A DNA stretch of 64,000 nt. It comes from an uncultured Gemmatimonadaceae bacterium (GTDB taxonomy: Bacteria; Gemmatimonadota; Gemmatimonadetes; Gemmatimonadales; Gemmatimonadaceae). Below the pieces are notes generated by a model. That model searched no databases. It was not told where the DNA came from and saw only the letters and a list, made by a program, of their open reading frames with translations. Position numbers and translations under genes: made by a program. This document shows positions 1 through 10,665 of the stretch, in pieces (positions within the stretch are counted from its first letter, which is position 1; each line of letters starts with the position of its first letter). The stretch lies in NCBI GenBank assembly GCA_963740355.1, contig CAVUDW010000002.1, positions 1,088,001 to 1,152,000 on the forward strand, written 5' to 3'.

Positions 1-1
1 G

Positions 2-2155
2 ATGGCGACACGACGGAAGAAGGCGCGAAGCGGCGGTGATGCCGATGCCGATGCCATGGGCTCGGTTGGTGCTGCCGGTGAAGCGCACCTGTTCTTCAGT
101 CGTGAGTTGAGCTGGCTGGAGTTCAACGCAAGGGTGCTCAACGAGGCGCGTGACCCGCGGACGCCGCTGCTCGAACGGCTCAAGTTCCTCGCCATCTTCA
201 GCTCGAACCTCGACGAGTTCTACATGGTCCGCGTGGGCGGACTGCGTCGCAAGGTGAAGAACGGGCAGAGCGGGTACCCGCAGGAGCGCCTCTCGCCGGC
301 CGAATTGCTGCTGGCGATCGAGAAGCGGGTCGGTGAACTGCTGCGGTTGCAGCGGAATTGCCTGACCGATGACCTGCTGCCGGCGCTCGAGTCGCGTGGC
401 GTGAAGCTGGTGCGCATGGATGACCTCACGCCGGCCGAGTGGCTGGTGGTCGACGCGTTCTTCGAGTCGCAGGTGTTCCCGGTCCTGACCCCACTCGCGG
501 TCGATCCCGGGCATCCGTTCCCCTACATCTCGAACCTGTCGCTGTCGCTCGCGGTCCGCGTGCGTGATCCGCAAACAGGCGCGGAGCATTTCGCGCGCGT
601 GAAGGTCCCCAAGTCGCTCGCGCGCTGGGTACCAGCTGGTCGCCCGGGGTTGTTCGTGCCGATCGAGGACGTGATCGGCGTCAATCTCGGCGCGCTCTTT
701 CCCGGCATGGAAGTGCTGAGCTGGCATGCATTCCGGATCACCCGCTTCTCCGATTTCGAGCTCACCGGCGTGGAGGAGGACGACGACCTGTTGTCGGTCG
801 TCGAGCGCCAGGTGTTCGAGCGCAAGTTCGGCGAGGTGGTGCGTCTCGAGGTGCAGACGGGCATGCCGGAAGAGTTGCGCACGCTGCTGATGGAGGAACT
901 GCGCGATGAAGAAGATGCGCTGATCGTCGCGTTGCCACTCACCGAACGTGACGTCGACGAGCCGGGGACGCTGCTCGATCTCGGTGACCTGATGTCGCTG
1001 TCGGCCGCCATCGACCTTCCCGACGAACGCTTCGCGGCCTTCACGCCCGCAATTCCGGCCGAGTTGGCGGATGCCGTGAATATTTTCGACGCCATTCGCG
1101 ATCGTGACATCCTCGTGCATCATCCGTTCGAGAGCTTTCGCGAGACCGTCGAACATTTCATCGAACGCGCGGCGCTGGATGAACAGGTGCTCGCCATCAA
1201 GCTCACGCTGTATCGCACGTCGGGCGAGACGGCCATCGTCCGGTCACTGATCGAGGCGGCAGAGCGGGGCAAGCAGGTGGTGGTGCTGATCGAGTTGCAG
1301 GCCCGTTTCGACGAAGCGAACAACATCGCCTGGGCACGCACGCTCGAGAATTACGGCGTGCATGTCGTGTACGGCGTGCCGGGGCTGAAGACGCATACGA
1401 AGACCGCCCTCGTCGTCCGCCGCGAGCCGGACGGCATCCGACGGTATGTGCACATCGGTACCGGCAACTATCACTCCCGCACGGCGAAGCTCTACACCGA
1501 CATCGGACTGTTCACGTGCAGCCCGAGCATCGGCGCCGATGTCAGTGACCTGTTCAACGCACTGACGGGGTTCAGTCGTCAGCAGCTGTATCGCAAGTTG
1601 CTGGTGGCGCCAGCCAACATGCGCCGTCGCTTCGTGGAATTGATCGACCGCGAAGCGGAGCATGCTCGCGCGGGTCGAGAAGGGCGGATCATCGCCAAGA
1701 TGAACGCACTGGTCGATCCGGATGCAATCCTCGCGCTGTATCGTGCCTCGGCTGCCGGCGCCAGGATCGACCTGATCGTGCGCGGCGTCTGTTGCCTTCG
1801 CAGTGGCATGCCGGGCGTGAGCGAGAACATCACGGTGCGGAGCCTCATCGGCCGATTCCTCGAGCACTCGCGCATCTTCTTCTTCGGCAACGCGGGCGAG
1901 CCGGAGTACTACCTTGGCTCGGCCGACTGGATGCCGCGCAACTTCGATCGCCGAGTGGAAACCGTTGCGCCGATCGAGGATCCGGTGCTGCACGCACGGC
2001 TCGAGTCGCTGCTGCGCACCTGCCTCGAGGACAACCGGCAGGCGTGGATGCTGCAGACGGATGGCACCTATGTGCAGCGCATGCCGGCACCGGGTGAGCC
2101 CGAGCGTGCCACGCACGCGATCCTGCTGAAGGACGCCTGGGCGACGTCGCAGTAG
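2..2155 (+). CDS. ppk1: Polyphosphate kinase 1
   Basis: 717 aa; motifs SRELSWLEFNARVL, SNLDEF, HPFPYISNLSL, ARFDEANNI, KTHTK, GRFLEHSR, SADWMPRN. Confidence 0.97.
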   Translation: MATRRKKARSGGDADADAMGSVGAAGEAHLFFSRELSWLEFNARVLNEARDPRTPLLERLKFLAIFSSNLDEFYMVRVGGLRRKVKNGQSGYPQERLSPAELLLAIEKRVGELLRLQRNCLTDDLLPALESRGVKLVRMDDLTPAEWLVVDAFFESQVFPVLTPLAVDPGHPFPYISNLSLSLAVRVRDPQTGAEHFARVKVPKSLARWVPAGRPGLFVPIEDVIGVNLGALFPGMEVLSWHAFRITRFSDFELTGVEEDDDLLSVVERQVFERKFGEVVRLEVQTGMPEELRTLLMEELRDEEDALIVALPLTERDVDEPGTLLDLGDLMSLSAAIDLPDERFAAFTPAIPAELADAVNIFDAIRDRDILVHHPFESFRETVEHFIERAALDEQVLAIKLTLYRTSGETAIVRSLIEAAERGKQVVVLIELQARFDEANNIAWARTLENYGVHVVYGVPGLKTHTKTALVVRREPDGIRRYVHIGTGNYHSRTAKLYTDIGLFTCSPSIGADVSDLFNALTGFSRQQLYRKLLVAPANMRRRFVELIDREAEHARAGREGRIIAKMNALVDPDAILALYRASAAGARIDLIVRGVCCLRSGMPGVSENITVRSLIGRFLEHSRIFFFGNAGEPEYYLGSADWMPRNFDRRVETVAPIEDPVLHARLESLLRTCLEDNRQAWMLQTDGTYVQRMPAPGEPERATHAILLKDAWATSQ

Positions 2156-2171
2156 CGGCCCCAGACGTCGA

Positions 2172-3556
2172 TCATTTCCCCTCGAAGGTCTTTCGTTTCA
2201 CCAGCGTCGTGTCGCCGGCATAGATGAACCGGATGTTCTTCATGTAGGTCGCTGCTGCGCGACGAATCGAACTGCTCGACACGACGCGCATCCTGCGCGG
2301 GACGTTGTCCGACAGGTGGTAGTCCCCCTGCAGGATCTCGGCATGCGCGAGCGCGTCGGCCTGCACGCCACTCGTCGACCGTCGAAAGAGGAAGGTGAGC
2401 GAGTTCTTGTCCGACGTGAACGAGAACCCCGCCGGCATCGAGTCGGGGTCCGTCAGCTTGCGGATCTGTGCCTTCACCAGCTGCACCACCGTGTCGGGCT
2501 TGCCAGTGGAGACGTAGATCACGCCCGTGACGATGGCGCGATCGTACACGCTGGCAGAGGCTGCGTAGCTCAGCCCCCGCTTCTCGCGCACCGCGTCACT
2601 GATCATGCCACCGAGGAACGATGTGGCGGCGCTGAACGATGGAAAGTCGTCACTCGTTTCGGGGGGACCATCGAAGACCCCGATCACGTAGTTCGTGGCG
2701 CTGCTGCGCGGCAGCATCGTCACGGAGCCAGTGTGGGCCGATACAGGTGACGGCGGCGTCCACTTGTAGCTGCCAACCGGCACGTCATGCAGTGTGCGCT
2801 TCACGGCTGCCTCGACCATCGCACGCGTGGCGGCGCCGACCACCACGACCAGCATGCGCGATCGCACCACCTGCTCGCGCACATATCTGGCCAGCATGGC
2901 AGAGTCGATCTTCGCGAGGCTGACCTCCGTGCCGGAGGGCGACAGGCCATACGCGTGCCCCGAAAATGCCACGCTGTCGGAGATCGAGCCGATCTCCCCA
3001 TCCGGGCTGCCGCGCTGCTGTCGCAGGGCACCGATCAATCGTTGGCGTGCAGTATTCACACCTTCCGATGGAAACTGTGGCTGTGTGAGCCGCTCGGTCA
3101 TCAGGTTCCACGACTCGTCGAACTCCGACTGCACGCTGCGAAAGCCCAGCATCGTCCAGTCGCTGGTGTATTCGACGGCCAGCGCACTGCCCGTCATCGC
3201 CCACGCCGTGCGGAGCGTGGTGTCGGGATGGCTGCGCGTGCCGTACTTCGACGCGGTCAGCAGCAGCGCCTCGATGCCTTGCGTTGCCGGCGTCAACTGC
3301 CGTGAGCCACCCAGCAAGTACACGTTCGCCGCAACGACTTCGGTCGATGGCGTGATGCGCTGGATCACGCGGACGCTGTCCACCGTGTACGAGACGAGAT
3401 TGCTGTCGTCGGCACCTGACAAGGCAGAGGCAGCGGCAGCGGCAGAGGCGCAGCGGGTGCCCCACCGGTCGTACTGCGCGTGGATGCCGGAGCGAACGGG
3501 CCGGCGAAGATCGCGGAGAGCGCCGACAACGCGATGGCGTGATGGAGTCTGATCAT
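2172..3556 (-). pseudogene. M16 (insulinase-family) peptidase-like subunit without HxxEH; one frameshift near 3430-3495, possibly an assembly error
   Basis: Signal peptide MIRLHHAIALSALSAIFAG starts at ATG 3556 (ATGA overlap with the upstream stop) but is out of frame with the 416-aa body, which has the M16 C-terminal VREKRGLSY motif. Confidence 0.75.
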
Positions 3557-4984
3557 GGCTTCATGAAGGCGACGTACTGCGCGACAGTCGTTCCCACTTT
3601 CTGCTCCGTGCCGACGGGGGTCAGCACCCCGATCACGTACGGCCGATTGACGATCCACTTTTGCGCGAATGCCGCCAGCGACTGGGGCGTGGAACGTCTT
3701 GCCGGTGTCCGGGCCCGACATCCGCTCGAGACGGCCGAGGGCCCAGGCGCCGCCGAGCGTCGAGGCGAGGGACGCCGTCTCCTCGAAGGTCAGAGCCAGG
3801 CCGACACGATCACGCCGTGCGTCAGCCTTCAGCGCCGACTCTTCGTAGTAGCCGTCATTGCCGACCTGCCCGAGCACGGTGCCAAGGGCGTTGAGTGCAT
3901 TGCTCAACTGCTCCAGCGTCGTCGTGCCGGTGAAGCGCAACTCGCCACTGTGCCGGTTGAGGTCCGACGACATGTAGGCGGAGGTGAAGAAGCCACCATC
4001 GACGAGGGTGCGCTGAAATGGCGATTCGTCGGCACCGAGCAGGTCGGTGAAGGTCGCGGCATCACGCGTGTCGGTCGAATCACGCGACAGGCTCGGGCCG
4101 CGCCAGCTGATCTGCACTGTGACCGTCTGCACTTCGTGCGTGTAGACGAATGCAAACGTGGAATCCATCGGCGGTGGGGCTGGTACTGGGTCCGCCTTCA
4201 ACGGATCGGCCGCACGGCGCCACCGACCGAACTCCTTGCGTGCCGCGCTGAACACCTTTTCCGCGTCGACGTCGCCTGTGATCACCAGCGCCGCGTTGTT
4301 CGGCACATACCATTTCTGATAAAAGGCTTTCAACTGCACCGCGTTCGCAGTGAACAGTGACAGGTCATTCCCAATGGTGTTCTTGCGAGGATACCAGTCG
4401 CCCCAGAGTGCCCGAGTGGACGCGTCATTCAGCAGGTAGGACGGCTGCGACTGGGCACGCTGCATCTCATTGCGCACCACGAACCGCTCCGTCTGCAGGT
4501 CCTTGTCCTTGAAGAACGGGTCGCGCACGAGGTCGGCCATCAGGCTCACGTTCCGGCCCATCTCCTCCGAGGGAAACCAGAGGGTGTACGACACACTTTC
4601 GTCACTGGTGGCGCCGTTGTAGCTCGCCTTCGAGAGCGAGGCGTCGCGGCCGAACGAGCCGTCCTCGCTCCCCTGGTAGCTCTTGAAGAGCATGTGCTCG
4701 AAGAGGTGCGGAATCCCCTGCAACTCGGGCGTCTGGGTCATCGCCCCACCGCGGAAGACCACGTGCGCGGTGGCGAGGGGTACCGCGTGGTTCTCCACCA
4801 CGATCACCGTCAGGCCGTTTGGTAGCGTATCGCGCCGCACCACCTGGTCGGGACGCGTACCTGTTTGCCCTGCCAGCATCGCGGCAGCGTAGAGCGAGGA
4901 CAGCGCCGCCAACGCGTAGCGGCGTACCGGCAGTCCAAGGAACGTTTGTAACACCGTGAACCCTCTCGAAAGCGTCGAGTGCAC
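3553..4984 (-). pseudogene. M16 zinc peptidase, catalytic subunit; one frameshift near 3690-3740, possibly an assembly error
   Basis: TLPNGLTVIVVENH, HxxEH motif PHLFEH, ERFVVRNE, WYVPNNA. The natural C-terminus (TPQSLAAFAQKWIVNRPYVIGVL...FMKP*) is in the +1 frame, ending at TGA 3553-3555. Start is uncertain (GTG 4984 or 4954). Confidence 0.8.
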
Positions 4985-5062
4985 TGCTCGCTGTCGAGTG
5001 TATCATCACGAGACTAATCAGGGAAGAGCCCGCCAGCGGCCTCGCCGTGGCCCCTCGCGGCG

Positions 5063-6752
5063 TCAGTCCACCGAATCGGTCGCTTCCCACTCCACCGGCT
5101 TGCCGTCGGGACCGATCACGTGCACCGGAAAGTCGATCAACTTCTCGAGCAGGTCGCTCTTCCGGCTCGCGCCCCAGAGCTCGAGGCGCGTCGATCGGGC
5201 GCGCGGATCGGGCACAGGCGTGATGCGGAGCGCCCGTTCCGTCCACCGCACCTTCAGTTGCTGCACCGCGCCGACATGCCCGCGATCGAAGCCATCCGCC
5301 ACGCGCAGGATCGCCGCCAGTCGTCGCACGCGCTGCTGCTGATCTTTCGTCAACTCGGCAAATGTCGGATGCTTCAACTTTGGCGGTGAGCCGCGATGGT
5401 AGCGCGCGACATTCGCCATCACCACCTGTTCCTCCGGTGAGACGCCGAGCAGGTCGGCGTGCACGATGAGGTGATAGGAGTGTTTGTGGTGCGAGTTGTA
5501 GCTGATGTGATAGCCAGTGTCGTGCAGCAACGCCGCATCGCGTAGCGTGTCGCGATCTTCCGGTGCACACCCGATCCGTGTGCCGATCGCATCGAAGAGT
5601 TGCAGGGCCAGCTTCTGCACGTGCTGGGCGTGCATCTCCTCGTACTGCGTGCGCTCGGCGAATGCCTGCACACTCCGGCGCCGTCCCTCGCCCGGATCGG
5701 TCGCCTGCGGCGTCACCTCGGCCGCCTCGAGCAGCAGGCCTTCACGAATGCCGTATGCCGACACGTGGAATTCGCGGATGTCGAGAAATGCCATCACTTC
5801 GGCGGCGACGGCCATGCCGGCCACGATGATGTCAGCCCGCCCCGGATTGAGCCCGGGTACGGTGAGCCGCTCTGACGGCGACAACTCGATCAGCTGGTCC
5901 AGCAGGTGCTCGAGTTCACCGCGGCTGACGACCTTGCCGTGCACCGTGCGCGCCGTGCCCACAGCGCTGCTGCTGCAGCAACATCCCGGCAACGTTGGTG
6001 AACGTGCCGCCGGACCCGATCATGCCAGCGCCACGCCATTCCTTGACCGCAAATCGCTCGCGAATCTCCTCACGCAGCGCCTTGCGAAGCTTCGAGACGG
6101 TTCCGCGGCGGATGCCCTTCCGCAGGTACGTCTCGGTGGCGCGGATCGCACCGAACGGCATCGACAGCAGTCGCTCGACCAGTCCGTCGGCCGAGAGTGC
6201 GAGTTCCACCGAGCCACCACCGATGTCACAGGTGACCATGCGCCCGTGGCCGACATCGAAATGCGCCTGTGCGCTGCGGAAGGAGAGCCGCGCCTCGTCC
6301 TCGCCGGAAATGACGCGCACCGTGAGTCCGGCGGCCTTCTTCACCTGTCGAACGAAGGCTGCGCCGTCGGCGGCGTCGCGGACCGCACTGGTCGCCACAC
6401 ATTCAATGCGCTCGGCACCGAGCTGCTTGGCCAGCGTCACCATCCGCTGCAGCGCCTCGATCGCGGCCAGCGCACTTTCGACCGACAGGTGCCCCGTTTC
6501 GTCGACACCGGTGCTGAGGCGCGGTGCCGCCTTCATCTCATCGACCGTGCGGATCTGTCCCGTGCTGCTGACATCCGCCACGATGGCACGAATGGAGTTC
6601 GAGCCGATGTCGATTGCCGCGATGCGTCGTGGCCGCTCGGCGCCGCCCTTGATCGCCTCGTTGGAGAGCGGCGTGGCGCCCCGCGCGCGGGTTGCAGGGA
6701 TCGCGGGAAGCGGTGCGGCGGGCGTCTTGCGGCGGGGCGACCGTTCAGGCAT
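5063..6752 (-). pseudogene. ppx: Ppx/GppA exopolyphosphatase with C-terminal HD domain; split by a +1 frameshift near 5965
   Basis: N-half has AAIDIGSNSIR, ATSAVRDA, SGEDEA, DIGGGSVE, GSGGT. C-half has RADIIVAG, GIREG, ALLHDTG, HHKHSYHLI. The two ORFs overlap in different frames. Confidence 0.88.
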
Positions 6753-6851
6753 GCGATGCGGGGCAGGGGAGTGTGGCTCGGCGGAAGTTACCGGTACCAC
6801 TCGGCGATGCTAGCCAAGCCGGGCCACAAACACCTGCGTCATGCGTCCCTC

Positions 6852-7910
6852 CTACTTCGGTGCGGCGCTCCACGCCCGTAGCAGCGTGCGGCGCATGGCG
6901 TCCGGCAATGGCGCATAGCCGAGCGCAAGCGCGTCGTTCTCGCCGTTGGTCAACGCCCATGTCACGAAGCGCCCCATGGCTGCGGCGCGCGTCGAATCGA
7001 CGCCGCGTGTCGGCACAATCAGCCACGACAGCGACGCGATGGGGTAACTCAACTCGCCAGGAGCGTCGCTGATGCTGGTTGCAAATTCGACCGTGTCGTC
7101 GATCGAGCCAAGCATCGCGCTGGCCGCCGCCCGCAGCCCGCCGGTTTGCGGCGTCACCCAGGCACCAGCGTGGTTACGAATGCGGGCAACCTGCAGGCGA
7201 TTCTGCATCGCATATACCGCCTCCACGACGCCAATCGTGTTTTCGGTGGTCCGGATCTCGGCCGCCACGCCTTCGTTGCCGCGCACACCACTGCCTACTG
7301 GCCAAGTTGGGAATCGGCTTCGTCCCGGACCGGCAGCCCAGGCCGGGCTCAGTCGCGACAGGTAGTCCGTCAGGATCCAACTGGTACCACTGCTGTCCGC
7401 GCGCGTCACGACGCGAATCGGGGATTTCGGCAGCTGTACATCGGGATTGAGCGCGACCAGCCGCGGGTCGTCCCAGTGTGTGATCCGACCCAGGTAGATG
7501 TCGCCCAGTGTCGCGCCGTCGAGTCGCAGCTGTCGCTGCAGGGCCGGCAGGTGATACGACACCGCCGCGCCACCGACGATCATGGGGACTTGCCGCACGC
7601 CCTTTGCCGCCAGCGCGGCACGGTCGGCGGCGTCGAGCGGCGCGTCGGTGGCCGCGAAGTCGACACTGCTGTCACGCAGCGCGCGCACGCCGGCCCCGGA
7701 CCCAATCGATCGATAGTTGATGCGCACGCCACTCTCGTCTCCGAAACGGGAAAACCAGCGTGTATAGACCGGATAGGGGAAGGTGGCGCCCGCTCCTTCG
7801 ATCTTCAGTGACGGCTTGGCGCCGCGTTCGGCAAGTGCATCTCCTTTTCCCGTGCACCCTGCTGCGACGGCCAGCAACGCGAACGCAACGAGCCTTCTGG
7901 GTGTCGTCAT
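6852..7910 (-). CDS. pstS: Phosphate ABC transporter substrate-binding lipoprotein PstS
   Basis: Lipobox AAGC; GAGATFPYP, SIGSGAG, DFAATD, RADSSGTS, GNEGVA, YPIAS. ATG 7910 overlaps the upstream stop (TGATG). Confidence 0.93.
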   Translation of the reverse strand: MTTPRRLVAFALLAVAAGCTGKGDALAERGAKPSLKIEGAGATFPYPVYTRWFSRFGDESGVRINYRSIGSGAGVRALRDSSVDFAATDAPLDAADRAALAAKGVRQVPMIVGGAAVSYHLPALQRQLRLDGATLGDIYLGRITHWDDPRLVALNPDVQLPKSPIRVVTRADSSGTSWILTDYLSRLSPAWAAGPGRSRFPTWPVGSGVRGNEGVAAEIRTTENTIGVVEAVYAMQNRLQVARIRNHAGAWVTPQTGGLRAAASAMLGSIDDTVEFATSISDAPGELSYPIASLSWLIVPTRGVDSTRAAAMGRFVTWALTNGENDALALGYAPLPDAMRRTLLRAWSAAPK

Positions 7911-8587
7911 CACATGTCGTTGGCGTAGCCGACGAACTTGAATCGTCCGCCGAACTCGATGATGGAGCCGAACAGGCGCCCACTGAACTTGGTGCCGTCG
8001 GTGGCCGCGATGCGTACCGTGCAACCATCGTGGAGTGTCATGGCGCCCGATGTCGTCGGTGGGTTGGGACAATCGAGCGATTCGAGCGTGAGCGGCTTGC
8101 CACCCACCCGATCGAGCGCGCGGGTGATGCCCTTTTCACTATTGAGCGTGATGCCATTCCAGCGGAGCTGCGGTGAGAGGCCGTTGGCCGCCGTGGCGTC
8201 ACTCGAATTCGGGAAATAGACGTACGCGAACTCGGCGCGCGAGAGCGTGAGGTGCCCAAGCGCCTTCTTGTCCTTCGTGGCCACCGCTTGCACGAACTTC
8301 GCAACCAGCGCCTGCCGGCTGACTTCGCCGTCGATCAACTGGCGAACTTCAGGCAGGTCAGCACGAAAGCGACGGATCATCTCCGGCATCGGGAACACCG
8401 AGTCGATGATCGTGCCCGGCTGATGCGAGGTGTCGAGCGGGACGCGCTGATAGGCGTACGCGGTGCCGCCTGGCGCAGCAGCGATCGCAGAATCGGCGAC
8501 CTTCGCTTCTGATCCGGCACGCGAGCATGCTGCGACGGCCAGCGCCGCGGCGAGTGTGACAGGTGCAAACAAACGGGACATGGTCAT
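7910..8587 (-). CDS. Hypothetical lipoprotein, translationally coupled to pstS
   Basis: Signal peptide with lipobox VAAC; typical codon usage; stop overlaps the pstS start. Confidence 0.8.
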   Translation of the reverse strand: MTMSRLFAPVTLAAALAVAACSRAGSEAKVADSAIAAAPGGTAYAYQRVPLDTSHQPGTIIDSVFPMPEMIRRFRADLPEVRQLIDGEVSRQALVAKFVQAVATKDKKALGHLTLSRAEFAYVYFPNSSDATAANGLSPQLRWNGITLNSEKGITRALDRVGGKPLTLESLDCPNPPTTSGAMTLHDGCTVRIAATDGTKFSGRLFGSIIEFGGRFKFVGYANDM

Positions 8588-8593
8588 TGGATG

Positions 8594-8640
8594 AAAAGAC
8601 CGCGGGCCGATGCGCGAATCCATGCGCACCGGCCCGCGGA
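8594..8640 (-). terminator. Intrinsic terminator after the FN3 lipoprotein
   Basis: ccgcgggccg...cggcccgcgg stem followed by TCTTTT on the minus strand. Confidence 0.65.
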
Positions 8641-8654
8641 AACGTACTGCGAGA

Positions 8655-10373
8655 TCAGTTGATGATGTACGTGGACCAGCCGTTCCACCACTTCGCGCCA
8701 GCCGGGTCGGCTGCACCGCGATAGGTGGTGCCGGTGACGACCGTTCCAGCCTTGGTGGACAGCGTTCCCGTGAAGGTCGCGAGTCCGCCCGTCGCGGCGG
8801 CGCCTGCTGCTGGCGGTGCCCAGTCGAAGGTGGCGCCAGAGGCTGGCTGTGCGGCCGGCACGCTGGTGAACAGCGCCGAGGCCGTCCCGGCCACGATGCT
8901 CAGCTTGTTGACGGTCGTGTCGGCGGTGTACTGGCGCGTCGAGGTCGGCACGCCACCGGACAGCAGCTGCGGATCAAAGAGTGCGCCGTTTTCAGCCGTG
9001 AGGATGTTCGAGAGTGCGAAGTTGCCTTCGGTCTGGCGGATGAATGTGGTCGTGTCGCGGAACGAGATCGCCGCCGACGGCCAGCGTGCGATGATACCGT
9101 TCACGTAGTAGCCACCCGTACCGCGGCGAAGCATTGCCCCGCGGCCGCCTGCGGCCGGCAACGTGACGCCGTTGGCCGTGCCGACGCCGATGACCGTGAA
9201 GTTGGCCATGATCGGGACGGTGAGCGGCGTGGAATTCTGGCCCAGATCGCAACCGGCGCCGTTACAGCCGTCGTTCTCGATGCCCTGCGGATCGCTGGAC
9301 GGCGAGCCGGCGGCGGAGCGCGGCGGGATGATGCGGGTCTGCATCGCGATCAGGTACTGCAGGCGACCGACGTAGCCTTCGGAGATGTCGAAGTGGTCGT
9401 CGCCGGCTTCGTAGCTGATGAGATGCTTGGCATCCACAGCACCGCCGAAGAATTCGAAGCTGTCATCGAGGCCAGCCATCGACTGCAAGTAGTCCAACGT
9501 GGTGCCGCTGCCGATGGCGGCCAGCGTGAAGGAGTTCAGTTCCTGGTCGGTGGCGGTGGCGTAGCCGGCAAACTCCACGCGGACATAGCGCATGATGCCG
9601 CTGTTGTCGGTGTTGCTGGTGCCACCGCTGTACGTCTGCGCGGGATTGTTGGCGCCATTGCCCGTCCCTTCGATCGTGATGCTGCCGCTACGGTTGATGA
9701 GGCCGTTGCCGATGATGATCAGGCCGCCCCAGTCGCCGGGCTGGCGTGAACCCGCAGCGCGTGATGACGTGAAGACGATGGGGTTCGCCGCGGTGCCCTG
9801 GGCGTCGATCTTTGCGCCACGCGTGATGAACAGCGATGAGCCGGTGGTGGCAAAGTCGCCGAGGATCTTCGTGCCCGGCTGGATCGTCAGCGTTGCGCCG
9901 TTCGTGACCTGGATGAAGCCCTGCAACGTGTAGGTCGTGTCGGCGTACAGCGTGCGATTGGCGGTGATGTTGGCCGACAGCGTGCTCGATGCGGTGCCCG
10001 GTGCCTTGGTGGTGACGCTGATCTCTGCGCTGTACTGCGACAGGCCGCTGCTGCGCACTGCCTGCACGCGGTACCGGTATGCGGCACTCGGCTCGAGGCC
10101 ACTATCCACAAACACCGTGTCCGTGAGGCCGGCTGCCGAGATGACGGTGAAGGTGCCGCCGCTGGCGCCAACGGCGCGTTCGACGTTGTAACTCGTCGCG
10201 TCGGCGACCTTGTTCCAGGTGATGCGCGCGGTGGTGGCGGTCGGCGCCGTCACGGCCGCATTCGTCGGCGGAAGGTCGGTCGGACCGGTGGACTTATCGC
10301 TGCCGCAAGCAGACAGCGTCAACACGGACGCTGCCACAATTCCGGCAGACAGCGAACGCCAATTGAACATCAT
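8655..10373 (-). CDS. Lipoprotein with a fibronectin-III domain and a probable beta-helix domain, of the type that accompanies TonB-dependent receptors
   Basis: Lipobox LSAC; FN3 signature (ITW...YNVER...DSGLEPSAAYRYRVQA); GTAANPIVFTS, GDWGGLIIIG, NSGIMRYVRVEFAG, DDSFEFFGG, DDHFD. Confidence 0.85.
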   Translation of the reverse strand: MMFNWRSLSAGIVAASVLTLSACGSDKSTGPTDLPPTNAAVTAPTATTARITWNKVADATSYNVERAVGASGGTFTVISAAGLTDTVFVDSGLEPSAAYRYRVQAVRSSGLSQYSAEISVTTKAPGTASSTLSANITANRTLYADTTYTLQGFIQVTNGATLTIQPGTKILGDFATTGSSLFITRGAKIDAQGTAANPIVFTSSRAAGSRQPGDWGGLIIIGNGLINRSGSITIEGTGNGANNPAQTYSGGTSNTDNSGIMRYVRVEFAGYATATDQELNSFTLAAIGSGTTLDYLQSMAGLDDSFEFFGGAVDAKHLISYEAGDDHFDISEGYVGRLQYLIAMQTRIIPPRSAAGSPSSDPQGIENDGCNGAGCDLGQNSTPLTVPIMANFTVIGVGTANGVTLPAAGGRGAMLRRGTGGYYVNGIIARWPSAAISFRDTTTFIRQTEGNFALSNILTAENGALFDPQLLSGGVPTSTRQYTADTTVNKLSIVAGTASALFTSVPAAQPASGATFDWAPPAAGAAATGGLATFTGTLSTKAGTVVTGTTYRGAADPAGAKWWNGWSTYIIN

Positions 10374-10443
10374 GAGGCTCTCGTTATGAAGAGAAGTGGT
10401 ATACGGCTCGAACAGTGAGCTGCCGTGAATTTCCCCTCGTTGT

Positions 10444-10503
10444 GTCATGACGTGCACACATGCCGGTCACGGTCGCGTCACAGCGATTTGTGGGTGTCGT
10501 GAC
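10444..10503. promoter_or_regulatory. Putative PhoB-type direct-repeat operator
   Basis: GTCAT/GTCAC/GTCAC/GTGAC at 10444, 10466, 10477, 10499, all in 11-bp phase, upstream of the lipoprotein gene. Confidence 0.45.
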
Positions 10504-10550
10504 GCGGCAAACTCCTGCGCAATCGCAATGCCTCCTTGCGCAGGCCGCGG

Positions 10551-10590
10551 AAAAGCAAAGAGGCACGGATCGACATGATCCGTGCCTCTC
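10551..10590 (-). terminator. Intrinsic terminator after the TonB-dependent receptor
   Basis: 13-bp stem agaggcacggatc/gatccgtgcctct with a U-rich tail on the minus strand. Confidence 0.7.
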
Positions 10591-10665
10591 AGGTTCAGTG
10601 CGAACTGCAGGTATCAGCCAGTGCGAGGCCAAACACCCGCGCATTCGCGATACATCAGCGCGCGA

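Noticed and set aside
3365..3700. Apparent read-through of the first M16 ORF into the next signal peptide
   Set aside because: Explained by two separate frameshifts rather than a real fusion
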